From Pseudomonadota bacterium (GTDB taxonomy: Bacteria > Bdellovibrionota > FAC87 > UBA2466): DNA of 22,636 nucleotides. The position numbers and the translations under genes are program-made. Positions 7,527 through 17,720 of this stretch are shown here, in pieces. The notes below the pieces were generated by a model. It had not been told where the DNA came from, did not search any database, and saw only the letters and a program-made list of their open reading frames with translations. The stretch spans positions 1 to 22,636 of the forward strand of contig JAYSWN010000159.1 in assembly GCA_043718025.1 (NCBI GenBank), read 5' to 3'. The number at the start of each line of letters is the position of its first letter. Within the stretch, counting starts at the first letter, position 1.

Positions 7527-8117
7527 TTACTGAACGGGGCGAGGAAGGAGTAGCGATAGCACTTCGCGCGAGCTCCAGTTTTGCGGGCCTATCCATTTAT
7601 GCCGCACACTTCCATCAGGTCGGATCCAATAGCTTTCGGGAAATCTAGTCGTCCCCAACGCTTTCGCCGTTTCGGCTTCCGGATCAAAAAGGATAGTGAA
7701 GGTTGTTTCACTGCCCAACGTCTTTAAAAACTTCGTCACTTCCTCTGACTTTTCATCCACAGAGATGGTGACCAGGGTAGGATGCGGTTTTTCCATCCTT
7801 TCGAATTGGCGGTGCATCAACTCAATTGAGGGTAGCTCTTCGATACAAGGTGGGCACCAGGTTGCCCAAAAATGAACGATATAGCCCATCTCATTTTTAG
7901 GCAGGTCAGATAGGCTCCGCTTTGGGATTTTATTGCCGTTTAGCCGAAGGACTTGCAGCTTTGTATCCACAGGGAAGCGTTCGGATCGAACTTGTGGCCA
8001 CCCAGCAAAATCCATCTTGAATCGTACGCGCTCTAACAGCTTCGGTGTAAAAATCAGTGCGCAAAAAAACAGCACGATTAGGCTAAAACCAAGAATGGTG
8101 GCTTTAGTTTGGGACAA
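7527..8117 (-). CDS. Membrane-anchored TlpA/ResA-family thiol-disulfide oxidoreductase
   Basis: N-terminal TM helix, HFWATWCPPCIEELP, ISVDE, FPESY (cis-Pro loop) and GPQNW. Confidence 0.9.
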   Translation of the reverse strand: MSQTKATILGFSLIVLFFCALIFTPKLLERVRFKMDFAGWPQVRSERFPVDTKLQVLRLNGNKIPKRSLSDLPKNEMGYIVHFWATWCPPCIEELPSIELMHRQFERMEKPHPTLVTISVDEKSEEVTKFLKTLGSETTFTILFDPEAETAKALGTTRFPESYWIRPDGSVRHKWIGPQNWSSREVLSLLLPRPVQ

Positions 8118-8120
8118 AAA

Positions 8121-8675
8121 CTAGGCCTTCTCTTTCGCCTTTTTGTCAGATTTAGTCTCGGTCTTCTTTGTCGGTTTTACCTTAGCTGCTTTATCTTCTG
8201 GAGCCGCAAGCTTGGTCTCTTTTTTCAATTTATCTGCCGAGTCAGCTTTTTTGCCTTTAGGGGCATTTTTCTTATCTTCGTCAGGCGACGGAATATATCG
8301 CATGAGAACCATTTCAGAATTATCACCCGCACGACGGTCCAGCAGATGCAAAATTTGAGTGTAGCCACCTGGCCGAGTCTTAAAACGTGGCACTAAAGTC
8401 GTATAGACTTTATCAATTGCGTTACGTACGCGGTTTTCGCCTGGCTTACTGTTCTGGGTAGACCCTAAAAGCTTAACCATATGACGACGAGCGTGAATGT
8501 CGCCCCGTTTTGCAAGGGTAACCACGCGATCCGCAAACCAACGGAGTTCTTTAGCACGCGCCTTGGTGGTTTTGATGGCTTCGTGTTCAATCAAAGACAA
8601 AGTCAACGTTCGCAACAACGCATCACGATGCGATGAATCAACGCCTAATTTTCGTCCAATCTGTAAATGCCGCAT
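8121..8675 (-). CDS. rplQ: 50S ribosomal protein bL17 with Lys-rich C-terminal extension
   Basis: MRHLQIGRKLG, IKTTKARAKELR, RPGGYTQI, RRAGDNSEM; follows rpoA. Confidence 0.97.
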   Translation of the reverse strand: MRHLQIGRKLGVDSSHRDALLRTLTLSLIEHEAIKTTKARAKELRWFADRVVTLAKRGDIHARRHMVKLLGSTQNSKPGENRVRNAIDKVYTTLVPRFKTRPGGYTQILHLLDRRAGDNSEMVLMRYIPSPDEDKKNAPKGKKADSADKLKKETKLAAPEDKAAKVKPTKKTETKSDKKAKEKA

Positions 8676-8691
8676 ACTTCCCGATCCAATC

Positions 8692-9732
8692 TCAATTCAA
8701 AGTGTCAGTGCCGTCTTTTTTCTTCTTATTTGCGAAATAAGTCTCTGGATCAAATGCTTCGATCTTTAATCCAAAGCCGAGTCCCATCTCAGTGAGAATT
8801 TCCTTTATCTCGTTAAGCGACTTGCGGCCAAAGTTTTTGGTTTTCAGCATTTCGGCTTCAGTCTTTTGAACCAATTCACCAATATACTTAATTCCCGCGT
8901 TCTGGAGGCAGTTCGCCGAACGAACAGAAAGCTCAAGCTCATCCACCGTACGGTAGAGGTTGTCATTTATCTTTTCCAGTTCAATTACCGGCTCAACCAC
9001 TTCAGGTTCAAGGCTCTCATCAAAATTGATGAAAATGCTCAGCTGGTCTTTCAAAATTTTAGAGCTATACGCCACTGCGTCTTCGGGACGCACCGACCCG
9101 TCAGTCCAAACTTCGAGTTCCAATTTGTCATAGTCAGTGCGTTGCCCAACGCGAGCATGCGCTACGGTGTAGTTCACCTTACGAATAGGAGAGTAGAAAG
9201 CATCGACTGGGATCACTCCGGCAGGAAGGTCTTCCCGCTTCACGTTCTCAGTAATAACGAATCCCTTGCCGTACTCCAATCGGAGTTCAGCTTTGAACTT
9301 TCCTTCTTTACCCAACGTGCAGATATGCTGCGAAGGGTTAAGTACTTCAACTGAATCATCAGTCTGAATGTCGGCGGCAGTAATTGCGCCGGGTCCCGAT
9401 TTTTCAACCGTAACCGTTTTTGGCCCCTCAACATACATCTTGAACCGAACTTCCTTCAGGTTCAGGATGATATCCGCTACGTCTTCGCCGATATCGGGAA
9501 GTGCTGAAAACTCATGCAATACCCCATCCATACGGACGGCAGTTACCGCTACGCCCTGAAGCGATGACAATAAAATACGGCGAAGGCTGTTACCAATGGT
9601 GGTACCAAAACCTCGTTCGAGCGGCTTCGCTACGAATTTTCCGTAGGTGTCGGTGAGACTCTCTCTCTCCACCTCGATACCCTTCGGTTTAATCAAAGCA
9701 CGCCAATTTTTTGGGGCTAAAGTAACATCCAT
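8692..9732 (-). CDS. rpoA: RNA polymerase alpha subunit
   Basis: [56 protein letters not shown]. Confidence 0.99.
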   Translation of the reverse strand: MDVTLAPKNWRALIKPKGIEVERESLTDTYGKFVAKPLERGFGTTIGNSLRRILLSSLQGVAVTAVRMDGVLHEFSALPDIGEDVADIILNLKEVRFKMYVEGPKTVTVEKSGPGAITAADIQTDDSVEVLNPSQHICTLGKEGKFKAELRLEYGKGFVITENVKREDLPAGVIPVDAFYSPIRKVNYTVAHARVGQRTDYDKLELEVWTDGSVRPEDAVAYSSKILKDQLSIFINFDESLEPEVVEPVIELEKINDNLYRTVDELELSVRSANCLQNAGIKYIGELVQKTEAEMLKTKNFGRKSLNEIKEILTEMGLGFGLKIEAFDPETYFANKKKKDGTDTLN

Positions 9733-9753
9733 AAGTCTCTCCTGGGTAACAAT

Positions 9754-10380
9754 TTATCGAGAGTAAAGCTCAACCACTAAGTTCTCTTCGACCGGCAAGG
9801 TAACGTGGTGGCGTTCTGGTAAGAATTTAACCCTACCTTTAAATTCTGACGGAATGGTCTCGACCCAATCCGGAATCTCTCGTTTTTTTACATTCTCCAT
9901 CGCCCGCAAAATCGGAGTGGCTTTTTGGCTCTTCAATTTTACTGTAACTTCATCATTTTGGCGGAGAATGGTGTTCGGAACATTTACCTTTTTACCATTC
10001 AAAAGAAAGTGAGAGTGCAGCACGAGCTGACGGGCCTCTTTGCGACTATCTGCAAAGCCCATACGATAAACTACGTTATCAATTCGGCTCTCCAGACGTT
10101 GAAGCAAGTTCAAACCAGTTGCGCCTTTTTTACGATCAGCGCGGTCGAAGTAAACTTCGAACTGGTTCTCAAGAATTCCGTAAATACGTTTAATTTTCTG
10201 CTTCTCGCGCAACTGAAGTCCGTAATCCGAAACTTTAGTACGGCGTTGACCGTGCTGTCCCGGCGGGTATGAACGGCGTTCAAAAGCGCATTTATCTGTG
10301 AAGCAACGATCGCCCTTCAAGAAGAGCTTCGTGTTTTCACGACGGCAGAACTTACAATTTGATGTAATCGAACGAGCCAC
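9754..10380 (-). CDS. rpsD: 30S ribosomal protein uS4 (Cys-containing, Zn-binding type)
   Basis: CKFCRRE..KLFLKGDRC...KC, PPGQHG, SDYGLQLREKQK, LESRIDNVVYRMGFA; GTG start. Confidence 0.99.
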   Translation of the reverse strand: MARSITSNCKFCRRENTKLFLKGDRCFTDKCAFERRSYPPGQHGQRRTKVSDYGLQLREKQKIKRIYGILENQFEVYFDRADRKKGATGLNLLQRLESRIDNVVYRMGFADSRKEARQLVLHSHFLLNGKKVNVPNTILRQNDEVTVKLKSQKATPILRAMENVKKREIPDWVETIPSEFKGRVKFLPERHHVTLPVEENLVVELYSR

Positions 10381-10390
10381 TGATTAACTC

Positions 10391-10855
10391 CTAGACTCGG
10401 CGCCGTTTTGGCGGACGGCATCCATTATGTGGGATAGGGGTGATGTCTCTGATGTATGTGACTTTTAAACCAGCCACTTGAAGGCCACGAAGCGCAGTCT
10501 CACGACCTGCCCCTGGACCGTTCACGTAAACCGAAAGAGTTTTCACTCCATTTTCGACAGCCAAACGAGCCGCGTCTTCCGCAGCAATTTGGGCCGCAAA
10601 TGGGGTGCTCTTTCGAGCTCCCTTAAAACCTTTTCTACCCGATGATGACCAGCAAACTACATTTCCCGCTGGATCTGTAATGGTCACGATGGTGTTATTG
10701 AAAGAACATTGAATGTAGCAGTTGCCAGTCGGAATCTCACGGCGACCTTTTTTCCGCTTTGCCGCTTCTTTGACATCTTTCTTGTCAGCGACATCCTTGC
10801 CTTCAGGGGCTGCTACTTTCTTATCAGTCTCTACGGTTGGATTTTCGGTGCTCAC
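10391..10855 (-). CDS. rpsK: 30S ribosomal protein uS11 with N-terminal extension
   Basis: [44 protein letters not shown] start with GGAG upstream. Confidence 0.98.
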   Translation of the reverse strand: MSTENPTVETDKKVAAPEGKDVADKKDVKEAAKRKKGRREIPTGNCYIQCSFNNTIVTITDPAGNVVCWSSSGRKGFKGARKSTPFAAQIAAEDAARLAVENGVKTLSVYVNGPGAGRETALRGLQVAGLKVTYIRDITPIPHNGCRPPKRRRV

Positions 10856-10869
10856 TTACTTAAACTCCA

Positions 10870-11253
10870 TTACTTCATCACTTTGAGCTGTTTACGGACA
10901 GCAACCGTCTTGCGTGGTCCCTTACGAGTGCGCGAATTGGTGTGCGTACGCTGACCACGAACTGGTAATCCTTTACGATGACGCAACCCACGATAACAAC
11001 CCAGGTCCATAAGACGCTTGATGTTCATCGAGGTAACACGACGCAACTCTCCTTCAACGTCGAAATTTTTTTCAAGGTATTCACGAATCTTGGAGACTTC
11101 TTCCTCCGTCAATTGATCCGTGTTTTTGTTTTCGTCTACCTGAACTGCCGCAAGAACGGCTTTGGAACGACTACGACCGACACCAAAAATGTACGTAAGA
11201 CCAATCTCGATACGTTTGTTTCTAGGAAGGTCAACGCCTGCAATACGAGCCAC
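10870..11253 (-). CDS. rpsM: 30S ribosomal protein uS13
   Basis: [32 protein letters not shown]. Confidence 0.99.
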   Translation of the reverse strand: MARIAGVDLPRNKRIEIGLTYIFGVGRSRSKAVLAAVQVDENKNTDQLTEEEVSKIREYLEKNFDVEGELRRVTSMNIKRLMDLGCYRGLRHRKGLPVRGQRTHTNSRTRKGPRKTVAVRKQLKVMK

Positions 11254-11259
11254 GCTACA

Positions 11260-11373
11260 TTACCCCTGACGCTGCTTATGACGAGGATCTTCGCAGCTCA
11301 CACGAACTACGCCGCCTCGTCTAAATATCCGACATTTAATACAAATCTTTTTAACTGATGCTCTGACTTTCAC
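11260..11373 (-). CDS. rpmJ: 50S ribosomal protein bL36 (Zn-ribbon type)
   Basis: Translated by hand: [37 protein letters not shown] (37 aa, GTG start); below the ORF-track cutoff. Confidence 0.98.
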   Translation of the reverse strand: MKVRASVKKICIKCRIFRRGGVVRVSCEDPRHKQRQG

Positions 11374-11387
11374 AAGAGATGCCCCGG

Positions 11388-11433
11388 AAAATAATAAAGG
11401 CCATATTTAGGCTAAGGCCTTCCGCGTTGTCAA
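11388..11433 (-). promoter_or_regulatory. Candidate internal promoter and/or hairpin between infA and rpmJ
   Basis: Exact TTGACA (11433-11428), imperfect -10 (TAAATAT), overlapping an AAGGCC/GGCCTT stem followed by TATTATTTT. Confidence 0.35.
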
Positions 11434-11453
11434 ATTAAACTAATGAAAGCCTA

Positions 11454-11672
11454 CTATTTTGCGCGATACGTTATTCGTCCACGAGAAAGGTCATACGGGG
11501 ATAGCTCCACGGTGACTTTATCGCCTGGCAGAATGCGAATGTAGTTCATTCGCATCTTTCCTGATATATGCGCAAGTATTTTTGTTCCATTAGGAAGAAC
11601 TACTCTAAACATGGCATTCGGTAGTGGTTCAACCACCGTGCCTTCAACTTGAATGAGATCTTCTTTTTCCAC
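11454..11672 (-). CDS. infA: Translation initiation factor IF-1
   Basis: [44 protein letters not shown] 11672 gives the canonical 72 aa. Confidence 0.98.
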   Translation of the reverse strand: MEKEDLIQVEGTVVEPLPNAMFRVVLPNGTKILAHISGKMRMNYIRILPGDKVTVELSPYDLSRGRITYRAK

Positions 11673-11686
11673 TCGTTGATTTCCTA

Positions 11687-12463
11687 TTAGTTTAACCAAT
11701 CCCCGTAAGTGTTATTCGCCCAAGCCGTCAGAATCTCCGGCTCGTTCTCGGTAACGAGAATGGTATGTTCAAAATGCGCAGAAAGCGCCCCATCTTCTGT
11801 TACCGTGGTCCAACGATCTCCAAGAACCCTAACTGCTGGGGTTCCTTGATTAATCATCGGTTCAATCGCAATAGTCATTCCGGCTCGCAACTTTAAGTTG
11901 CTTGCTCCGGCTACGTAATTAGGAACCTGTGGCTCCTCGTGAAGCTTTTGGCCAATCCCGTGGCCTACAAAATCGCGGACGATGCCGTACCCAAAGGGCT
12001 TTACCGTTCGTTCTACGGCCCCTGCAACGTCTTTAAGTGAGTTGCCGGCCCTGGAAGCCGCAACGGCGGCATAGAGAGCGTCACAGGTCGCCTTCATGAG
12101 CTGACGCGCCTGCGCCGATACCTCACCAACAGGAAGCGTCATCGCACTATCCCCGTAGTACCCGTCCAAAATCAGCCCAAAATCTATCCCAACAATCTCA
12201 CCTTCTTGAAGTTTGCGTTCAGAAGGAATGCCATGCACCACCTGCTCGTTAACCGACGTGCACAGGGTGTGACGAAAACCCATGTAACCTTTGAAGGCGG
12301 GTTTTGCCCCTCTTTCCAGGGTCATTGCCTCGGCGATGCGGTCGAGCTCGATCAAGGAGACACCGGGTTTCACCAGGTCGCGCAGGGAACATAAAATCTC
12401 CCCTACCAGCTTGCCGCTGGCACGCATTTTCTCGATCTCTCGTTTGGACTTTATTTGAAGCAT
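11687..12463 (-). CDS. map: Methionine aminopeptidase type I
   Basis: [38 protein letters not shown]. Confidence 0.98.
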   Translation of the reverse strand: MLQIKSKREIEKMRASGKLVGEILCSLRDLVKPGVSLIELDRIAEAMTLERGAKPAFKGYMGFRHTLCTSVNEQVVHGIPSERKLQEGEIVGIDFGLILDGYYGDSAMTLPVGEVSAQARQLMKATCDALYAAVAASRAGNSLKDVAGAVERTVKPFGYGIVRDFVGHGIGQKLHEEPQVPNYVAGASNLKLRAGMTIAIEPMINQGTPAVRVLGDRWTTVTEDGALSAHFEHTILVTENEPEILTAWANNTYGDWLN

Positions 12464-13098
12464 CAGGACAAGGTCTTCAAAAGTGTCGCATGCAAATTCT
12501 CAACAGGTTGATCGGCCTCAACCTCAACTAATTTGCCTTGTTGACGGTAAAATTCGAGGAGCTGACTGTTTTGCTTTGTGAAGATGGCAAGGCGTTTGTG
12601 AACCACTGCCTCGGAATCGTCGGGACGTTGACTAAGCGAGCCCCCGCAAGTGTCACACAACCCCTCTCGCTTTGGGGGCAGGGAGATGAGGTGAAAAGAG
12701 GCTCCGCATTTAGCGCATACCCGTCGGCCAGTAAGTCTACGAACCAGTTCTGTCTCAGGAACCTTAAAAAAAACAACCATTCCAACCGGAGAGGTTGTGT
12801 TCGTAGATAGCGCTTCGGCTTGAGGAAGTGTTCTGGGGAAACCGTCTAGTAGCACCCTGGTTTTGGAGGGAAGCCTTGCCACTGTTTCGCTAATCAATGC
12901 GATCATGGTCACGTCGGGAACTAACTCTCCGCGATCCATAAAATTTTGAGCTTCTTTTCCAAGAGCGGTTCCGCATTTTATCGCCGAACGAAGCATGTCA
13001 CCGGTCGATAAATGAACGAAACTGTCGTGTAGAGCGAGACGCTTGGCCTGGGTGCCTTTACCAGAGCCGGGGGCGCCAAGTAAAACAGTGACCGTCAC
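12463..13098 (-). CDS. adk: Adenylate kinase with Zn-binding LID
   Basis: GAPGSGKGTQA, STGDMLR, LDGFPRT; CAKC...CDTC in the LID. Confidence 0.98.
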   Translation of the reverse strand: MTVTVLLGAPGSGKGTQAKRLALHDSFVHLSTGDMLRSAIKCGTALGKEAQNFMDRGELVPDVTMIALISETVARLPSKTRVLLDGFPRTLPQAEALSTNTTSPVGMVVFFKVPETELVRRLTGRRVCAKCGASFHLISLPPKREGLCDTCGGSLSQRPDDSEAVVHKRLAIFTKQNSQLLEFYRQQGKLVEVEADQPVENLHATLLKTLS

Positions 13099-13104
13099 CT
13101 GCAG

Positions 13105-14403
13105 TTACCCTCGACGGCCGCGTAACTTAGCGTTCTTCATGAACCCTTCGTAATCGCGAGTGAGCAAGAAGGTTTGAATCTGAGAAACGGTATCTAGAGC
13201 AACACCAACCAAGATTAGTAAGGTTGTCCCCCCGAAAAAGAAAGAAACCTTAAAGCGCGTGATGAGAAAGTCTGGAAGCAAACATATCATCGCTAAATAG
13301 AGAGCCCCGCCGAAGGTGATTCTAGCCAGTACCCGGTCGAAATAGTCAGCCGTGTTCTTACCAGGACGAATTCCAGGTACATAACCACCGTGCTTCTTCA
13401 GGTTCTCAGCAACGTCTTCCGTGTTAAATACTACAGCCGTATAGAAGAAGGCGAAGAAGATGATCAACGAAACATAGAAAGTGTAATACACAACTCCGCC
13501 ACGATGAATTGCATCACGAACCGCATCGCTCACCGGATTAGATGGCAAGAAAGCAATGATTGTTAAGGGGGCCATTAATAAAGAGGACGCGAAAATCGGA
13601 GGAATCACTCCACTCGAGTTAATTTTTAAGGGGAGGTGTGTCGACTGACCACCATACAAACGGCGACCAACTTGGCGCTTAGCGTATTGAATGGGGACTC
13701 GTCGTTGTCCTTGTTCCAAGAAAATAATGACGCCTACCACCACCACCATGAATGCCATTAAAAGTACTAACAAGAGTGGGGATAGCTGCCCATCACGAAC
13801 CAACTGCAACGTCTGTTGACCCGCTAACGGAATGCCAGCTGAAATTCCCGAAAAGATGATCAACGAAGTTCCGTTACCAATTCCTCGCTCGGTTATCTGT
13901 TCGCCCAACCACATAATGAATGCAGTCCCGGCAGCTAATGTAATGACGCTGATCACTTTAAACTGGAGGCCGGCGAAAAAAACAAACCCAGCCTGTTCGG
14001 CGCTCATTAAGGCCGACGCAATTCCAAAACCTTGGAACATCGCTAAGCCCACAGTAGCGTACCGAGTGTATTGGTTTATTTTTCTTCTTCCCATCTCTCC
14101 CTCTTTAGAGAGTTGGTTCAAATGCGGAGACACCGCGGTAAGAAGCTGGAAGATAATTGAAGCGCTAATGTAGGGCATGATGCCCAATGCAAAGATGGAC
14201 GCATTCTCTAGTGCTTTACCAGAAAACATGTTCAACATGCCGAATAGCGTGTTCTGATTACTTTCAAAAAAACGGCTCAGCGAATTGGTGTTAATCCCGG
14301 GGACCGGGATGTGACAACCAACACGATAGATGGCCAACATTCCAATGGTGAATAAAATGCGCCGCCGTAACTCTGGAATCTTAGTGAGGCCCTCAACTGC
14401 CAA
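13105..14403 (-). CDS. secY: Preprotein translocase SecY
   Basis: SIFALGIMPYISASII, WLGEQITERGIGNG, GVIPPIFASS, VPGIRPG; TTG start. Confidence 0.99.
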   Translation of the reverse strand: MAVEGLTKIPELRRRILFTIGMLAIYRVGCHIPVPGINTNSLSRFFESNQNTLFGMLNMFSGKALENASIFALGIMPYISASIIFQLLTAVSPHLNQLSKEGEMGRRKINQYTRYATVGLAMFQGFGIASALMSAEQAGFVFFAGLQFKVISVITLAAGTAFIMWLGEQITERGIGNGTSLIIFSGISAGIPLAGQQTLQLVRDGQLSPLLLVLLMAFMVVVVGVIIFLEQGQRRVPIQYAKRQVGRRLYGGQSTHLPLKINSSGVIPPIFASSLLMAPLTIIAFLPSNPVSDAVRDAIHRGGVVYYTFYVSLIIFFAFFYTAVVFNTEDVAENLKKHGGYVPGIRPGKNTADYFDRVLARITFGGALYLAMICLLPDFLITRFKVSFFFGGTTLLILVGVALDTVSQIQTFLLTRDYEGFMKNAKLRGRRG

Positions 14404-14405
14404 GG

Positions 14406-14897
14406 TTATTTCTCCTCAGTATCGCTTTCAGGAGCCATTAACTCTTCAGCTCGGCCCCCAGCTTGATTAATTTTTTGAATCGCCGTTTTCGAGAATTTAT
14501 GAGCCTTAACTTGCAAACTCTTTGTGAGAGCTCCATCGCCCAATATTTTTAAAAGTACGTCTGCAGACTTAATAAGCCCTTTTTCCACCAATTTAGCGGC
14601 ATCAACGACATCGCCAGCAGCAAAGGAACTCTCCAACGCTTCGATGTTAACAACGTCGAAGTGTTTCTTAAATGGGTTTCTGAAACCAAATTTTGGCAAG
14701 CGGCGTTGTAAAGGGGTCTGTCCGCCTTCGAAGCCTTTTGGGCGGCCTTTGCCGGCGCGCGCAGTCTGACCTTTACCGCCACGACCGGCAGTTTTACCAT
14801 TTCCGGAGCCTAATCCACGGCCCTTGCGGAACCGGTTTTTTCGAGAACCCTCAGGCGATTCCAAATTCGATAAAGAGACACTAAACTCCTGGGGCAT
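14406..14897 (-). CDS. rplO: 50S ribosomal protein uL15
   Basis: GRGLGSGNGKTAGRGGKGQ, GFEGGQTPLQRRLPKFGF; ATG 14897 follows GAGGAG. Confidence 0.98.
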   Translation of the reverse strand: MPQEFSVSLSNLESPEGSRKNRFRKGRGLGSGNGKTAGRGGKGQTARAGKGRPKGFEGGQTPLQRRLPKFGFRNPFKKHFDVVNIEALESSFAAGDVVDAAKLVEKGLIKSADVLLKILGDGALTKSLQVKAHKFSKTAIQKINQAGGRAEELMAPESDTEEK

Positions 14898-14899
14898 GT

Positions 14900-15082
14900 T
14901 CACTCCTCAACAACAGTAAGCAAATGGGGAATGCGTTTAATCATTCCGCGAATGGCGCCGTTATCCGTATGGGTAACTTTGTCGCGCGTTTTTTTTAAGC
15001 CAAGTGTCCTAGCTACAGTCCGCATCCAGCGGGGGCAGCCAATTACACTCTTCGTTAATTCGATGGTGATCTTCTTTTCCAT
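14900..15082 (-). CDS. rpmD: 50S ribosomal protein uL30
   Basis: KSVIG, TLGLKK, DNGAIRGMI; lies between rpsE and rplO. Confidence 0.96.
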   Translation of the reverse strand: MEKKITIELTKSVIGCPRWMRTVARTLGLKKTRDKVTHTDNGAIRGMIKRIPHLLTVVEE

Positions 15083-15097
15083 AAAACGAATCCTCGT

Positions 15098-15610
15098 TTA
15101 GAGGCCAGGGCGTTCGTCATTTTGACGATTCCGCATAACCTCTTCAGCCGTGCGCATGAACCGAAGGCCGTTTAGTGTGGCTCGGACCATGTTGTGTGGG
15201 TTTGTCGTGCCAAAGCTCTTAGTCAAAGCATTTCGTACTCCGGCCAATTCAAGGACCGAACGCGTAGCGCCGCCAGCAATAATGCCAGTGCCGTCAGAAG
15301 CTGGTTTCAAGAGAACCGAGGCCGCCCCAAATTTACCGATGGCTTCATGCGGAAAAGTTCCATTAAACACCGGAACCGTGAACATGTTTTTACGAGCAGA
15401 TTCTCCAGCCTTCCGTATGGCCTCTGGCACCTCTCGAGCTTTTCCAAGGCCAACTCCGACGTGACCTTGCCCATCACCAACTACTACAATCACGCTGAAG
15501 CTGAATCGCCGCCCGCCCTTGACCACCTTAGCCACACGGTTGATATAAACAATGCGTTCTGACAGATCGAGATCGCTGGTATTCATCTTACCGACATTAG
15601 GATTAGCCAT
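15098..15610 (-). CDS. rpsE: 30S ribosomal protein uS5
   Basis: [37 protein letters not shown]. Confidence 0.99.
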   Translation of the reverse strand: MANPNVGKMNTSDLDLSERIVYINRVAKVVKGGRRFSFSVIVVVGDGQGHVGVGLGKAREVPEAIRKAGESARKNMFTVPVFNGTFPHEAIGKFGAASVLLKPASDGTGIIAGGATRSVLELAGVRNALTKSFGTTNPHNMVRATLNGLRFMRTAEEVMRNRQNDERPGL

Positions 15611-15990
15611 TAGAAATTCAACCCCGCTTCTCGCGCGCCATCGGCGACTGCTTTGATTCTTCCGTGGTAGTCATAGCCATTCCGGTCAAACAGAACACGA
15701 TCCACTTTTTGAGAAAGGGCGCGTGAACCGATCAACTTTCCAAGAGCTTTTGCGGCCTCAAGGTTTTTTGTGCTCTTTCCAGCAAAGTCTTTTTCCATCG
15801 TGCTGGCCTGAGCAAGGGTGTTCGACTTCAAATCGTCGATAACTTGGGCATAAAGAAATTTGTTACTTCGGTAAACCACCAAACGTGCGATCTCACCTTT
15901 GTGAAGCACGATCTTTTTTCGAATTCTGGTTTTCTTACGAAGCCGAATCGCTTGTCTTGGGTTTGTGTTTGTGCGAATTTGACGAGACAT
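15610..15990 (-). CDS. rplR: 50S ribosomal protein uL18
   Basis: [40 protein letters not shown]. Confidence 0.98.
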   Translation of the reverse strand: MSRQIRTNTNPRQAIRLRKKTRIRKKIVLHKGEIARLVVYRSNKFLYAQVIDDLKSNTLAQASTMEKDFAGKSTKNLEAAKALGKLIGSRALSQKVDRVLFDRNGYDYHGRIKAVADGAREAGLNF

Positions 15991-15994
15991 AAAA

Positions 15995-16549
15995 CTACTT
16001 TCCGCCTCCAGCGCCGCCGGCTGTCTTGCCTTGTTTCAAGGTAATCTTTTCACCTTGATACCGGATTCCCTTGCCCTTGTAGGGCTCTGGCGGCTTAATT
16101 TTTCTTAAATTGGCTGCGGCCTGCCCTACAAGCTCCTTATCCGCGCCTTTCAACATAATCTTTGTATTGGCTTCAACGGTCGCCGAAATGCCCTTTGGCA
16201 ATGGAAACTCTACAGGATGAGAGAACCCAATCGTCATCGTCAACTTGCTGCCTTGAACCTGGGCGCGAAACCCAACTCCATGTAATTCGAGTTCACGATG
16301 AAATCCAGTCGTAACCCCGTCAATCATATTGGAAATCAGAGTACGAGAAAGCCCATGCAGAGCCTTCTTTTCATCAGAGGCGGATTTGTTAAGCACAAAT
16401 ACCTCGTCCCCTTTTATTTCAACAGAGATAGAACCCGGCAGAGGCCGCTGTAATTGCCCCCCCTTGCCAGAGACTTCAACCATAGGGGACTTAAAGTTAA
16501 CTTTAACTCCCGCTGGTAACTTGATCGGCTTTTTTCCCACTCGCGACAT
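15995..16549 (-). CDS. rplF: 50S ribosomal protein uL6
   Basis: MSRVGKKPI, GFSHPV, PPEPYKGKGIRY. Confidence 0.99.
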   Translation of the reverse strand: MSRVGKKPIKLPAGVKVNFKSPMVEVSGKGGQLQRPLPGSISVEIKGDEVFVLNKSASDEKKALHGLSRTLISNMIDGVTTGFHRELELHGVGFRAQVQGSKLTMTIGFSHPVEFPLPKGISATVEANTKIMLKGADKELVGQAAANLRKIKPPEPYKGKGIRYQGEKITLKQGKTAGGAGGGK

Positions 16550-16563
16550 TGAAATTCCTCAAC

Positions 16564-16959
16564 TTACCAAATCGTACAGATGATCTCGCCGCCCAACTTT
16601 TGTTCGCGAGCTGTTCCATCTGCTAAGAGACCACCTGGTGTGGAAACTACTGCCACACCAAGACCATCTAAAACTTTAGGGAGCTTTCGGAACGAGCTAT
16701 AAACACGACGACTCGGTTTACTTACTCGACGAATGCCCTGAATTACCGGCTTACCCTTACCAACGTATTTAAGATAAACCCGAAGCACTGGTTTGTCGGC
16801 TTGCCGGAAAAGCTGATAATTGCGAATGAATCCGGTTTGCTTAAAAATCTCAACGATGGAGACCTTTAGCTGGCTCGACGGCACGTCCACTTTAGGGAGG
16901 CGCGCCCGCGATGCATTTCTAACCTGTGTCAATAAATCGGCTATCGGATCTGTCATCAT
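16564..16959 (-). CDS. rpsH: 30S ribosomal protein uS8
   Basis: MTDPIADLLT, RVSKPSRRVY, GLGVAVVSTPGG, GGEII. Confidence 0.98.
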   Translation of the reverse strand: MMTDPIADLLTQVRNASRARLPKVDVPSSQLKVSIVEIFKQTGFIRNYQLFRQADKPVLRVYLKYVGKGKPVIQGIRRVSKPSRRVYSSFRKLPKVLDGLGVAVVSTPGGLLADGTAREQKLGGEIICTIW

Positions 16960-16966
16960 AACGAAA

Positions 16967-17152
16967 TCACCAACTCGCTTTCAAGACGCCCGGAACGAGA
17001 CCAGAAAGCGCCAGTTTTCGAAAACAAATACGGCAGAGATTGAACTTTCTAAGGAAAGCCCGTGGACGGCCGCAACGCGGACAACGGTTATATTTTCTAA
17101 CCTTAAACTTTGGCGTACGAGCCGCTTTTACTACTAAAGAGAGTTTTGCCAT
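16967..17152 (-). CDS. rpsN: 30S ribosomal protein uS14, 61-aa Zn-binding (type Z)
   Basis: [24 protein letters not shown]. Confidence 0.98.
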   Translation of the reverse strand: MAKLSLVVKAARTPKFKVRKYNRCPRCGRPRAFLRKFNLCRICFRKLALSGLVPGVLKASW

Positions 17153-17155
17153 CTC

Positions 17156-17719
17156 TTACATCACCCTTTCTTGACTCTTTTTTCGGAAAGGAATCCCCAT
17201 TTTTTCCAAAAGATGGAAGCCCTCTTGATCAGTCTTTGCTGACGTTACAAAAGTAATGTTCATTCCCCGAGCTTTATCTAACTTCTCAATACGAATTTCA
17301 GGAAAAATAATCTGTTCTTTGATCCCGGTTGTATAATTTCCTGCGCCATCAAAACCCTTGTCGCTAAGACCACGAAAGTCGCGAACGCGAGGCAATGCGA
17401 TATTGGTGAAGCGATCCATAAACTCGTACATGCGAGCTCCACGGAGAGTGGTCACTGCACCTAAGGGCATTCCCTGCCGCAGCTTAAAAGCAGCGATCGA
17501 TTTTTTTGCACGAGTTAACTTGGGTTTTTGCCCAGTGATGGCTGAGATCTCTTCGAAGGCCTTGTCCATGATTTTCATGTCAGAGGTTGCTTCCTTGAGG
17601 CACATGCCAACAACGATCTTTTTCAATCGGGGAACTTCCATCGGGTTAGAATACTTGAATTCCGCCATCAAATGCGGAACTACCGTCGTCTTAAAATGTT
17701 CAAAGAGTCTAGCTTTCAC
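17156..17719 (-). CDS. rplE: 50S ribosomal protein uL5
   Basis: [41 protein letters not shown] start 1 nt after the rplN stop. Confidence 0.99.
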   Translation of the reverse strand: MKARLFEHFKTTVVPHLMAEFKYSNPMEVPRLKKIVVGMCLKEATSDMKIMDKAFEEISAITGQKPKLTRAKKSIAAFKLRQGMPLGAVTTLRGARMYEFMDRFTNIALPRVRDFRGLSDKGFDGAGNYTTGIKEQIIFPEIRIEKLDKARGMNITFVTSAKTDQEGFHLLEKMGIPFRKKSQERVM

Positions 17720-17720
17720 G

